From assembly GCA_963422375.2 (NCBI GenBank), contig OY729428.2, positions 2,880,001-2,944,000 on the forward strand: a stretch of DNA of 64,000 nucleotides, read 5' to 3'. Below, in pieces: positions 18,606 through 28,547 of this stretch. Every line of letters begins with the position of its first letter. Within the stretch, counting starts at the first letter, position 1. Under the pieces are notes generated by a model. That model worked only from the letters and a program-made list of their open reading frames with translations, was not told the DNA's origin and did no database searches. The position numbers and the translations under genes were made by a program. The stretch comes from Bryobacterales bacterium (GTDB lineage: Bacteria > Acidobacteriota > Terriglobia > Bryobacterales > UBA6623).

Positions 18606-21449
18606 GTGCGCCTCGCGGGGACGCTAGCGCCGCTCGCCCTCGCCATCGCGGCCCTGCTTCCGGTCGGAAGGGCGCAGGAGCCGACATTCCGCGAGCACGT
18701 CCTGCCAGTGCTAGCGAAGCGCTGCGCCGTGTGCCACCAAGGGCCGGCCGCCCAGAAGGGACTTCGGATCGGGACCTTGGCGGGCCTCCTGCGGGGAGGC
18801 GAGTCGGGCGCGGCAGTCGTCCCCGGAGCCCCGGGCGAGAGCCTGCTGGTGGCCATGGTCGAAGGCCCGGAACCGGCCATGCCCCCCGTCGGCGACCCCC
18901 TGTCCGCGGCCGAAGTCGACACGCTGCGGGCGTGGGTCGCGTCCGGTGCCCGCGAGGGCGGCGACGGCGGCGACACTGCCACGGAGACGACCTGGTGGTC
19001 GCTGCGCCCGCTCGCCGTTCGGCCAAGCCCCGAGCCCAGCAACGCCTGGCCTCGGTCGCCGATTGACAGCTTCCTGCTCAAGGCCATGCAGGAGAGGGAC
19101 CTCGCGCCGTCGGCCGAAGCCGACCGTCGCACGCTGATGCGCCGCCTCAGCTTCGACCTCCTCGGCCTCCCGCCCGACCCTGCCAGCATCCGGGCCTTCG
19201 AGACAGACCCGGACCCGGCGGCCTACGAAAGGCTCGTGGACCAAATGCTGGCGTCGCCGGCTTACGGCGAGCGCTGGGGACGGCATTGGCTGGACGTGGC
19301 CCGGTTCGGCGAGAGCAACGGCTACGAGCAGAACCACCTGCGGGAGACAGCCTGGCCCTACCGGGACTGGGTGATCCGGGCGCTGAACGAGGACAAGCCG
19401 TTCAGCCGCATGATTCTCGAGCAGCTGGCAGGGGACCAGATCGCCCCTCACGATGCCGAGGTCCATGCCGCCACCGGGTTTCTCGTAGCCGGTCCGCACG
19501 ACACGGTGGGCATAAGGAACCCTGCCGGCGAGGCGCAGAAGCGCGCCAACCACCTCGACGACATCATCATGGGCACGGCTTCGGCCTTCCTCGGACTCAC
19601 GGTGCATTGCGCACGGTGCCACGATCACAAGTTCGATCCGATCCAAACCGAGGACTACTACCGGATGCAGGCGGCGTTCGCCGGCGTGCGGCACGGCGAA
19701 CGCACTTGGGACGCGCCCGGCGCAGTCGCGGAATACGAAGCCGCGGCCGCCCCGCTGGAGGCCGCGATCCAGCAAAGCGAGGACGGGCTCGAAACGCTGC
19801 GCAAGGGGGCCGCCCGACGGGTGGCCGCGCGGCGGGAGGAAATCCTCGGCCAGTACAGGCCGCGGGTCGACCAGCGCGGCACGGAGGAGCTCTTCGGCCC
19901 CGCCACGGCGCGCTTCGTACGGATGACCGTCAGCGAATCCACGCGCTCCAGCCGACAGGTCAATCTCGACGAGTTCGAGGTTTGGACGGCCGGACCGGAC
20001 AGCCGCAATGCGGCGCTTGAGGGCAAGGCGACAGCTAGCGCCACGCGAGTGGACTCGGCAAGCCCGGACACCTACTCGCCGGCGAACCTGATCGACGGCA
20101 AGCACGACAAGCGCTGGATTTCGTCCGGGGGCCTGCCGGCTTGGGTGCAAGTGGAACTGCCGACAGCCGAGCGTATCGGCCGCGCAGCGTGGTCGTCCGA
20201 CCGCCTAGGCGGGTTCGGCGGGCGGTTCGCGCCGCCGCAACCGGAGGCATACACGATCGAGGTCTCGCTCGACGGCACCGCGTGGACGGAGGTCGCCAGC
20301 TCGCAGGGACGGCTGCCCTTCTCGGACGAGGCGAGGGATCTTCTGCTGTTGCAAGCCGTCTTCACCGACGAGGAGCGACGCACCTGGACCGAGTTCGAGA
20401 GGGCCAAGCGCGTCGCAGAAAGGCAGCTAGCGCGACTCGAGCGGCCGCGCCGGGCCTTTCTCGGTCAGTTCGTCCAGCCAGAGGAGCCCTCCTTCGTGAT
20501 GGTCCGCGGCGATCCGATGAGCAAAGGGGCGCAAGTCGCCCCGGGCAGCCTGACGACACTCGGCGGTCTGCTGGAGAGCTTCAACCTGCCCGCGGACGTC
20601 CCGGAGGGCGAGCGTCGCTTGGCGCTTGCCAGCTGGATCGCGTCTGACCAGAACGCCTTGACCGCCCGCGTCATCGTCAATCGCGTCTGGATGCATCATT
20701 TCGGGCTGCCCATTGCGAGGAACCCGAGCGACTTCGGCGTCAACGGCGGCGCGCCGACCCATCCGGAACTGCTCGAGTGGCTGGCGGACCGGCTGGTCCA
20801 CCAGCACGGCTGGCGGCTCAAGCCGCTGCACCGGGATATTGTCCTGTCGGCAGCCTATCGCCAGTCCAGCCAGTTCCGCGAGGCGGCGGCCAGGATCGAC
20901 CGAGACGGCGCGTACCTGTGGCGCTTCACCTCGCGTCGCATCGCGGCCGAGGAGCTGCGCGACGCGATTCTCGCCGCGAGCGGGAACCTGGATCGGACCG
21001 TGGGCGGACCCGGCTTCCGCCTCTACCGCTATACCGTAGACAACGTCGCGACGTACTACCCCTTGGAGCGGTTCGGCCCGGAGACGTACCGTCGGTCGGT
21101 TTATCACCAGCACGCACGCTCGGTCAAGCCCGAGCTGCTCGGGGAGTTCGACTGCCCGGAGACTTCGCTGCCCGCCCCGAAGCGGATCGCGACCACTTCC
21201 CCGCTGCAGGCCCTGAGCCTGCTGAACAATCGCTTCGTCCTGGACCAAGCCGCGGCCTTGGCCGCGTCGGTGCGGTCCGAGACTCACGGAGACGAGGCTC
21301 ATTGGATCGAGAGAGCGTGGATGCGAGCGTTCGGGCGGGCGCCGTCTGACACCGAGGCCGCTGCGGCCGCCGAACTCGTGCGGGAGCACGGGCTCGAGGC
21401 GCTCGGTCGGGCAGTCCTCAATTCCAACGAGTTCCTCTACGTCTTCTGA
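18606..21449 (+). CDS. Planctomycete cytochrome c (PSCyt1) - DUF1549 - discoidin-like - DUF1553 protein
   Basis: CAVCH and CARCHDHKFDP heme motifs, YGERWGRHWLDVARF, ARVIVNRVWMHHFG, PTHPELLEWLA, NSNEFLYVF terminus. Central F5/8C-like insert (NLIDGKHDKRW...WVQVEL). Start approximate. Confidence 0.9.
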   Translation: MRLAGTLAPLALAIAALLPVGRAQEPTFREHVLPVLAKRCAVCHQGPAAQKGLRIGTLAGLLRGGESGAAVVPGAPGESLLVAMVEGPEPAMPPVGDPLSAAEVDTLRAWVASGAREGGDGGDTATETTWWSLRPLAVRPSPEPSNAWPRSPIDSFLLKAMQERDLAPSAEADRRTLMRRLSFDLLGLPPDPASIRAFETDPDPAAYERLVDQMLASPAYGERWGRHWLDVARFGESNGYEQNHLRETAWPYRDWVIRALNEDKPFSRMILEQLAGDQIAPHDAEVHAATGFLVAGPHDTVGIRNPAGEAQKRANHLDDIIMGTASAFLGLTVHCARCHDHKFDPIQTEDYYRMQAAFAGVRHGERTWDAPGAVAEYEAAAAPLEAAIQQSEDGLETLRKGAARRVAARREEILGQYRPRVDQRGTEELFGPATARFVRMTVSESTRSSRQVNLDEFEVWTAGPDSRNAALEGKATASATRVDSASPDTYSPANLIDGKHDKRWISSGGLPAWVQVELPTAERIGRAAWSSDRLGGFGGRFAPPQPEAYTIEVSLDGTAWTEVASSQGRLPFSDEARDLLLLQAVFTDEERRTWTEFERAKRVAERQLARLERPRRAFLGQFVQPEEPSFVMVRGDPMSKGAQVAPGSLTTLGGLLESFNLPADVPEGERRLALASWIASDQNALTARVIVNRVWMHHFGLPIARNPSDFGVNGGAPTHPELLEWLADRLVHQHGWRLKPLHRDIVLSAAYRQSSQFREAAARIDRDGAYLWRFTSRRIAAEELRDAILAASGNLDRTVGGPGFRLYRYTVDNVATYYPLERFGPETYRRSVYHQHARSVKPELLGEFDCPETSLPAPKRIATTSPLQALSLLNNRFVLDQAAALAASVRSETHGDEAHWIERAWMRAFGRAPSDTEAAAAAELVREHGLEALGRAVLNSNEFLYVF

Positions 21450-21940
21450 GACCGATTCAGCCGCCCTCAGGGATCTCCGGCGGATTCAAGTCACTGGATC
21501 CGGCAAGCAGCGGGGGGATGGCCGCGGTGACCTTGGTCTCGCGCGCCGCGTCCGGAGCGGGAGCTTCTCGGCGCGTGGAGGGAACTCGCACGGGCCGACC
21601 ACCTGCCACGGACACCGCGGCGCTGGCAGGCCCGAGGGCCTACACAGTGTGGGCCAGTACTGGACGGTGCCGGAGTGTGGGCCTGGATTCCCGAACAGGG
21701 ACGATGTCGACCAGTCCATGATTAGTGGCTCGGCACCCCTGTCGATGGGCTAGGGCGGGGTGTCCGGATGCACCGGGCAGGCCGGCGGAAGCTTGTGGAC
21801 TAGCCGCAGTTCCCTACGAAACTAGCCGTCGGCGCAAGATTGACCTCAGCGATCGGCGACCCAAGCGCCCCCGCAGGGGCCCGCGTAGACCGATGCCCCA
21901 GCCAAACGGTCAGGCTGCCTGCCACCGGGTCCGGCAAGGC

Positions 21941-21971
21941 GGCTGCTGAAGGCAGCGTGCCTTCAGCGGCC
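21941..21971. other. 14-bp stem-loop in the spacer between convergent genes
   Basis: GGCTGCTGAAGGCA-GCG-TGCCTTCAGCGGCC with one G-U pair and no U-tract. Confidence 0.5.
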
Positions 21972-22345
21972 TAGACTCAGGCAAAGGCTCTGGGGCGCTC
22001 GAGAGCGCCATGTGCCGATCCGGCTCCGCCCTAGGACGGTGAGTCTCGTGATTCCAATGGACTAGGCGTCACACCGCGAAAGGGTGAGGTGCCCGTAGGT
22101 GCGTCGATGTCCGTGAATCCGAGGCTTGGATGTCCGCGGAGCTCTGACGTTGCCGGCCCGGCCTCCTCGCAGTCCGGAGAGGAATCCGGTGTCGCAGGTG
22201 TCTCAGCTGTCGAACGCGAACGGCTTCCGAAAACGGGACCCTGCTCCGAAGTAGCCGGGGGTGGCGGGGGAATGGCGAACCGTGCCGTGATTCTGTGGCT
22301 CGCGCCGCGACAAGCGATCTCGCCGGGCAGGGCCTGCGGCAAGTG

Positions 22346-22864
22346 CTAGGGACGCCGGATCCGATTGATCGCCCAACTCGCGGCAGCCGCTACGCTCCCG
22401 TCGTCGGACTTCCGAAGCCTAGCCAGGGCAGTCAGCGCGTCGGGATCGCGGCGCGTCCCGATGGAATGAATCGCACCGACCAGCAGACTGCCTTGGAGTC
22501 TCGCGAGCGAATCGCGCAGCGCCTTGTCAGCCGCCGACCCAGGCATGGGCTCCAGCGCCGTCCGCGCATAGTGCCCGAGACTCGGATCGCCGAGCAGGGA
22601 CGCCACCGCAGGCACGGCCCGCTCGTCTCCGACAACGGCCAGTCGCTGGCAGGCCTTGGCCTTGGCGAAGTCCTCGGAATCCGCGTGGTTGAGAATGCCG
22701 ACCAAGGCGGGCGTATCCAATTGCATGATCTCGGCGGACTTGTACGGCGTCACAGCGAGCTGCTGGTCTGCGAGCCGGGTCAGCTCGGCGCGGGTCTGCC
22801 CTCTCAAGCGGGCGGCCGCGGCCGCGAGCGCCCCTGCAGCGGCAAGAAACGTGCGTCTCAGCAT
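22346..22864 (-). CDS. Tat-exported HEAT-repeat protein
   Basis: MLRRTFLAAAG twin-arginine signal. AKACQRLAVVGDERAVPAVASLL and YARTALEPMP HEAT-like repeats. RBS GAGGAGG. Confidence 0.8.
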   Translation of the reverse strand: MLRRTFLAAAGALAAAAARLRGQTRAELTRLADQQLAVTPYKSAEIMQLDTPALVGILNHADSEDFAKAKACQRLAVVGDERAVPAVASLLGDPSLGHYARTALEPMPGSAADKALRDSLARLQGSLLVGAIHSIGTRRDPDALTALARLRKSDDGSVAAAASWAINRIRRP

Positions 22865-22875
22865 CCGTGCCTCCT

Positions 22876-24180
22876 CTAAGCCAGCCGCCAAGGCTCGCGC
22901 ATGGCCCGCGACCGCATGCGATTCGCCTGCTCGTTCGCGGGGAAACTGTCGGTGGAAGGGTCGAATTCCAGAGGTTCCCCGAGCTGGTACGCAATGTAGG
23001 CGGCGTGACAGGCGATGTGCGTCTGGCACGCCGCCAAGGCGTTCGCCCGGGTCTCGCCCCGGGACTTGACGCAGTTCAGGAAGTCCCGGACGTGTCGTGT
23101 AGTGGCCTCTCGGGCGTCCTCGAAGGTCTTCCGGTGCTGTCGCAAGCTCTCCGAGGTCTCGACGATACCGGCATCCCCGGTCTGCACCCACCCGTCGCCG
23201 CCTTCAAACCGCACGGCGCACGCGCCCAGGCCCTCCCAGCCGGTGTCGCGCAGAACTAGATCCAAGCCGTTCGCGTACCGGAAATCCACCGAATACGGGC
23301 TCACGCCCTCCGGGCGGTGCGGCACGAAATGCACGGGCGCGGTCTCGTCGAGACCGGCGGCGGCGTGACAGAGGTCCACAGTGTGGGATCCCCATTCGAG
23401 AATCCCCCCGCCGTGAAAGTCGAAATACCCCCGCCATCTGCTCTTTACGTAGAGCGAATTGTACGGCCGCCAGGGAGCCGGGCCGAGCCAGCGGTCCCAG
23501 TCGACGACGCTCTTGGCCGGCTCCGGCTCCGCTGGCAGCCAATCGTGCGTCGTGAGGGGAGTGTAGCGGTCCCCGGGAGCGGCATTCGCATGAAGCGCCT
23601 TCAGGTCCCCCAGCTTGCCTTCGCGCGCTAGGTCGATGCAGAATTCGAAGTTCGTTCCGTTGCGCCGCTGCGTGCCTGCTTGGTACACCCGGCCCAGCCG
23701 GTGGAACGCGTCCGCCAAGGCACGGCTCTCGGCGATGGTCATCGAGCACGGCTTCTCGCAGTAGACGTCCTTGCCGTACTTCGCCGTGAGGATGGACAGG
23801 AGCGTGTGCCAGCGGTCGCCGGTGGCGATCAGCACGGCGTCGATGTCCTTGCGGTCCCACAGTTCGTGCATGTCGGCGTACATGACGCAGTCGTTGTTGC
23901 CGTGGTGCTGGTCGACTTTCGACTTGATGGCCTCTCGACGCTCGTTGCGGGCGTCGCAAATCGCCCGGAACTGCACGTCGTCCTGCATGAGGAAGGACTC
24001 CAGATCGCGCTCGCCGCGTCCCCCGATGCCCAGCCCGGCGACGTTGATCCGGTCGCTCGGCGCAACCGCGCCCGCCAGACCCAAGGCACTGGCGGGAACA
24101 AGCATGGGCGCGGCTGCCCGATGCAGGCGGTGGCCCAGCGCGAGACTCGACGCGCCATCGTTGGTTCGTGCGGCTTCCAT
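22876..24180 (-). CDS. Gfo/Idh/MocA family oxidoreductase
   Basis: PSDRINVAGLGIGGRG, DAVLIATGDRWH, GKDVYCEKP, QAGTQRR, WLGPAP, EWGSH. AGGAG lies 7 nt before ATG 24180. Confidence 0.9.
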   Translation of the reverse strand: MEAARTNDGASSLALGHRLHRAAAPMLVPASALGLAGAVAPSDRINVAGLGIGGRGERDLESFLMQDDVQFRAICDARNERREAIKSKVDQHHGNNDCVMYADMHELWDRKDIDAVLIATGDRWHTLLSILTAKYGKDVYCEKPCSMTIAESRALADAFHRLGRVYQAGTQRRNGTNFEFCIDLAREGKLGDLKALHANAAPGDRYTPLTTHDWLPAEPEPAKSVVDWDRWLGPAPWRPYNSLYVKSRWRGYFDFHGGGILEWGSHTVDLCHAAAGLDETAPVHFVPHRPEGVSPYSVDFRYANGLDLVLRDTGWEGLGACAVRFEGGDGWVQTGDAGIVETSESLRQHRKTFEDAREATTRHVRDFLNCVKSRGETRANALAACQTHIACHAAYIAYQLGEPLEFDPSTDSFPANEQANRMRSRAMREPWRLA

Positions 24181-24436
24181 CCCGTGGCTCCTGCAAGCGC
24201 TGCCTCTGAAAGGGGACGCCTTCCGGAGACTCCCGGCGCGAACCGCCCGAGCTTGCACAGACAGCTTAGCGCAAGCAGGCACGGCTGCCTGCCGCGGACT
24301 CCGGCCGGGCCATTGCGTATCCGCCCCGTCGAGCGGTCCCGGGCCGCCACGGCCTCGATCCGTCCGGAGGCCCGGCGAGCGCTGTCCGCGGCCTACTCAG
24401 TGTGCGATACTGAGAGCGCCCACGGAAGAGCATCGC

Positions 24437-25843
24437 ATGGCAGGGCTGGCGACGCGCAGGGAGTGGCTCGGGGGCTTCGTGACGGGTCTCCAAGGCTTGG
24501 CGCTGGCCTCGCTCCTGCCGGACGCCGCCAGCGCCCAAGGCGCACGCACGCACTTCGAGCCCAAAGCGAAGCGAGTGCTCCAGATCTTCTGCCCGGGCGC
24601 GGCCTCCCACATCGACCTGTGGGACCACAAGCCGGAATTGCAGAGACGATCCGGGCAGCCGGCCCCGGCGGCAATGGACGCCGTCACCTTCCAAGGCAAG
24701 AACGGGGCGCTGATGGGCTCGCCGTGGGACTTCAAGCCCTGCGGGCAGAGCGGCAAGATGCTGACCGAAATGCTGCCCGAGATCGGGAAGCTGGCAGATG
24801 AGATCGCCTTCGTCCACTCGATGCAGTCGAAGACCAACACCCACGGCCCCGCCTGCGTGCTGATGAACACGGGATTCAGCCTCGAAGGCTTCCCCTCGGC
24901 CGGATCCTGGGCCAGCTACGCGCTCGGCTCGGCGAACAGCAACCTGCCCGCGTACGTCGCCATTCCGGACATCCGGGGAATCCCGCCGGCAGGCCCTGCC
25001 AACTGGGGCGCCGGCTTCCTGCCCGCCGAGCATCAGGCGATCGTCTTCAACGCCCAAGAGCCGATCCGCAACCTGGACCGCCCGGCGGAGATCCCGGCGC
25101 AGAGGGACGAAGCGACCAGGGACTTCCTGGGATTCCTGAACCGGAGGCACGCGGAGCGGCACCCGGGAGACGAGGATCTCCGGGCCCGCATCGCCTCGTA
25201 CGAACTCGCGGCCCGCATGCAGATGTCGGCTCCGGAGGTCACCGACCTGTCGCGGGAGACCAAGGCGACTCGTGCGCTCTACGGAGCGGACAGCCCGGAC
25301 CGGCTGAAAGCTGAGTACGCCCGCAACTGCCTGCTCGCGCGTCGCCTGCTGGAGCGAGGAGTACGCTTCGTCAGCCTGTTCTGCGCGTCCCGCGCCTCGG
25401 GCGTGGACGGCCTGCTGAACTGGGACGCGCACAAGACGCTGAAGGCCGACTACGAACGGCACTGCCCGATCCTGGACCAACCGACCGCCGCCCTGCTCCG
25501 CGACCTGCGGTCGCGAGGGCTTCTCGACGACACTCTGGTGGTCTGGGTCACCGAGTTCGGCCGCATGCCGACCCACCAGCAGGGCACCGTCGGGCGCGAC
25601 CACAACCCGAACGCCTACACGGTCTGGTTCAGCGGTGCGGGCATCCGCGGAGGCGTCAGCTATGGCGCGACCGACGAGCTTGGCTCCGCGGCCGTGGAGA
25701 ACGTCTCAACCGTGCATGACTTCCACGCGACCATGCTGCACCTGCTGGGTTTGGACCACGAGAAGCTGACTTGGTACCACAACGGCATCAACCGTCGGCT
25801 GACCGACGTGCATGGACACGTGATCCGTGAGGTGCTCGCATGA
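24437..25843 (+). CDS. DUF1501 family protein, Tat signal
   Basis: TRREWLGG signal, PKAKRVLQIF, SHIDLWDHKP, SYELAARMQ, LLARRLLERGVRFV, TEFGRMP, GRDHNP. Confidence 0.92.
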   Translation: MAGLATRREWLGGFVTGLQGLALASLLPDAASAQGARTHFEPKAKRVLQIFCPGAASHIDLWDHKPELQRRSGQPAPAAMDAVTFQGKNGALMGSPWDFKPCGQSGKMLTEMLPEIGKLADEIAFVHSMQSKTNTHGPACVLMNTGFSLEGFPSAGSWASYALGSANSNLPAYVAIPDIRGIPPAGPANWGAGFLPAEHQAIVFNAQEPIRNLDRPAEIPAQRDEATRDFLGFLNRRHAERHPGDEDLRARIASYELAARMQMSAPEVTDLSRETKATRALYGADSPDRLKAEYARNCLLARRLLERGVRFVSLFCASRASGVDGLLNWDAHKTLKADYERHCPILDQPTAALLRDLRSRGLLDDTLVVWVTEFGRMPTHQQGTVGRDHNPNAYTVWFSGAGIRGGVSYGATDELGSAAVENVSTVHDFHATMLHLLGLDHEKLTWYHNGINRRLTDVHGHVIREVLA

Positions 25844-26106
25844 GCCGAGAGCGGCGCGCACGCCGTGCGGGCAGGCGCCCCCTTCCCTACCGGATGCGGG
25901 TCCGGGATCTCCGCGACCGGCCACCAAGCCGACCGCTCTACGGCATGATCGGCCGCACGATCTCGTTGTCGTCCTGCGTAGCCATCCGCCATTGAATTCC
26001 GACCATGCCCTGTCGCACCTCGCCCTGTCGCACCTCTCGTCACCGCTTCAGCACGTTCACCCGAGCACGGGCGGCAGTCCCGCATTCGCGCTTCGCCACT
26101 CCGCCA

Positions 26107-26917
26107 TTGGCTAGCGTACTAAGCAGTGTAATTCCGTTCGGGAGTTCAACTCGGCCTGCCGACCCATCCGCGTGGCCGTGCATCATCCGGGGGGCTACCG
26201 TCATCGTCGCGAGCGTCTTAGTAGCAGCTTCACTTCAAGCAGAGACCTTCTCGTCGGGAAAGGCAGCGTACCAGACTCCCGACGGAAAGTGGCGCAGGGC
26301 CGCCTTCGTGGTTGACGCCAGCACTGTCGAAGTGTACTCCCCTAGGGCCGGCAAGCAAAGAACCTTGGTCGCCAGTTTCGACTCGGGACGTATCGAGAGC
26401 GGAACGGCGGTCCGACGTCGCGGGAAAGCAGCCATAATAGCGACAGCTATTGTTGGGGCACTCTTCGGCGCAACATACTTTGCTTATAATCGCTATGTTC
26501 AGCCACTTTGGGAGGAGGAATCAGAGCAGTATGGGCAGGAAATTCTAGACGCTCGACTAGACATAGAAGAAGCAAATAAGCAGATCGCAAACGCAAGAGG
26601 TTCAACACCAGTGAACCAAAGCTCAATCCAGTACGAACAAATGAGAATAGAGAGTTTACAACTGCAGATCTGACGACGCGAATTCGTTGATTGACAGGGG
26701 TGACAGAATTTTCGGTAACGTCCGCCGTTGGCTATTAATAGGTGGAATAGGAGCTACAGTAGCTACAGATGCAATCACCGCACTTCGCAAGAAGACTGTA
26801 CGGTTCGTATCGATCACTCAAGGCAACAGGAGTATCCGCCTTAGAGTAAACAGAGGAGACTTCGATAGATTGCATCAAGCGCTAATACAATCGCTTCAGA
26901 ATCAATCTGACATATAG
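26107..26917 (+). pseudogene. Hypothetical exported/membrane protein with a +1 frameshift
   Basis: ORFs 26005-26673 and 26687-26917 join seamlessly (LQI/DDANSLIDRG) if one base at ~26671 is removed. Signal-like segment, two hydrophobic helices and a coiled region. Start uncertain. Confidence 0.55.
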
Positions 26918-26920
26918 ATG

Positions 26921-27964
26921 CCTGATTACCAACGAACGTCAGCCGAGGATATGCTATACTGAAGGAGGTCGGAAATCTCTGCTAGGAAAGGGGCTAGCAG
27001 ATGAAACGCAATCGCGTGCAATTCCAGAAGGGACTCAGCCTAGGCAAGTTCCTGCAGCGCTACGGCAGCGAGGGCCAATGCGAGCAGGCCGTCTTCAACG
27101 CCCGCTGGCCGGACGGCGGACGAACGGCTTCCGCTGCCCGGAGTGCGGCTCCCGCCGGCACTGCCGCATCCGCTCCCGCAAGCTCTGGCAGTGCCACGCC
27201 TGCCACCGCCGGACCTCCCTCGTCGCCGGCACGATCTTCGCCGCCACCAAGCTGCCGCTGACCGTCTGGTTCCTGGCGCTCCACCTGCTGACGCAGGGCA
27301 AGCACGGCGTTTCGTCGCTGGAACTGGCGCGGCAGCCGGGGGTCAGCCGGAACACGGCTTGGAAGATGAAGCACAAGCTCTTGCAAGTGATGAAGGAGCG
27401 CGACGAGCGCGTGCCGCTGGCCGGCATCGTGCAGGTGGACGACGCCTGCCGGGGCGGGGAGCGGAGCGGCGGCAAGCGCGGGCGCGGAGCGGCGGGCAAG
27501 ACGCCGTTCGTCGCCGCCGTGCAGGTCACCGCCGCCGGCCAGCCGGCAAGGATGCGCATGAGCAGCGTGGCGGGCTTCCGCAAGAAGACGCTGGCAGCGT
27601 GGGCCGGGCGGCACTTGCAGCCCGGCACGGAGGTGCATTCCGACGTCCCGGCCTGCTTCCGGGGCGTGGCCGGCGCCGGCTGCGAGCACGTGCCGACCGT
27701 CACCGGAGGCGGGCAGCGGAGCTGCGCGGATTCCCGCTTCGTCCGGGTCGACACGATGCTGGCGAACGTCAAGCAGTCCCTGGCGGGAACCTGCCATTCG
27801 CTCGACGGCAAGCACCTGCCGCGCTACCTCGCCGAGTTCCGCTACCGCTTCAACCGCCGCTACGATCTGCAGGCGCTGGCCCCCCGCCTGCTCCACGCCT
27901 CCGTGCGCACCCCGCCCAGGCCTTACCGCCTCCTAATCTTGGCTGAGTCTTGTGGGTAATCAGG
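26921..27964 (+). mobile_element. IS1595-family element (lineage B, ISSod11-like), copy 1, frameshifted transposase
   Basis: IRs begin CCTGATTACC; 8-bp TSD TATAGATG at 26913-26920 and 27965-27972. Transposase 27001-27959 has a zinc ribbon and DDA..GGE, GKTPF and RYLAEF motifs. It carries 11 extra nt near 27110-27125 relative to copy 2. Confidence 0.95.
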
Positions 27965-28547
27965 TATAGATGAGACTCTGATCTGTCATGATATACCAAT
28001 TGCGTCGCTTGAATCGGCTCTTATTCAAATCTACTAATCCCCCATTTCATTCCGTTATATAACCCTAATTTATGAATCACGATGCATAACTCCATTAAGT
28101 TGGAATCTTGCTTTCAATTCTTGGATATGGACAACAGATAAGGCAACTTGAGCGGTTGGTGCGCGCGTCGCGCAAGGTCCGGCGAAGGAAATCCGAAACC
28201 GTCGGCAGCCTTCATGAACGGCAAGCCCGGACGGGCGATGGCGAGCCGGTCGTCCAGTGCTATCTCCAAGCACCTGCGGGGGCGGCAGCTAGGTCGCGCC
28301 ACGCCGTATCGTTCAGCGCACGAGGTCGCGATACGATAGGATGTTGCCTGGGCACATCGGAATGGCGTGCTGGACGCGTTCGTCATTTTGCGACCCGGTT
28401 CAAAGCCAACCCGCACAGGCTGCCGCAGGAACGCACCAGGACGTTCGTTCGGGGATGAGAGAAGGCGGTCGCCACCTAGGCCGGGCCGCAGCGCGAGTCA
28501 TTGGGAATCGCTAGGACCGAGCCCCAAACAGCCGCAGACGGAAACGC

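Noticed and set aside
26007..26036. Tandem 15-bp repeat GCCCTGTCGCACCTC x2
   Set aside because: Two copies without spacers: a simple local duplication, not an array.
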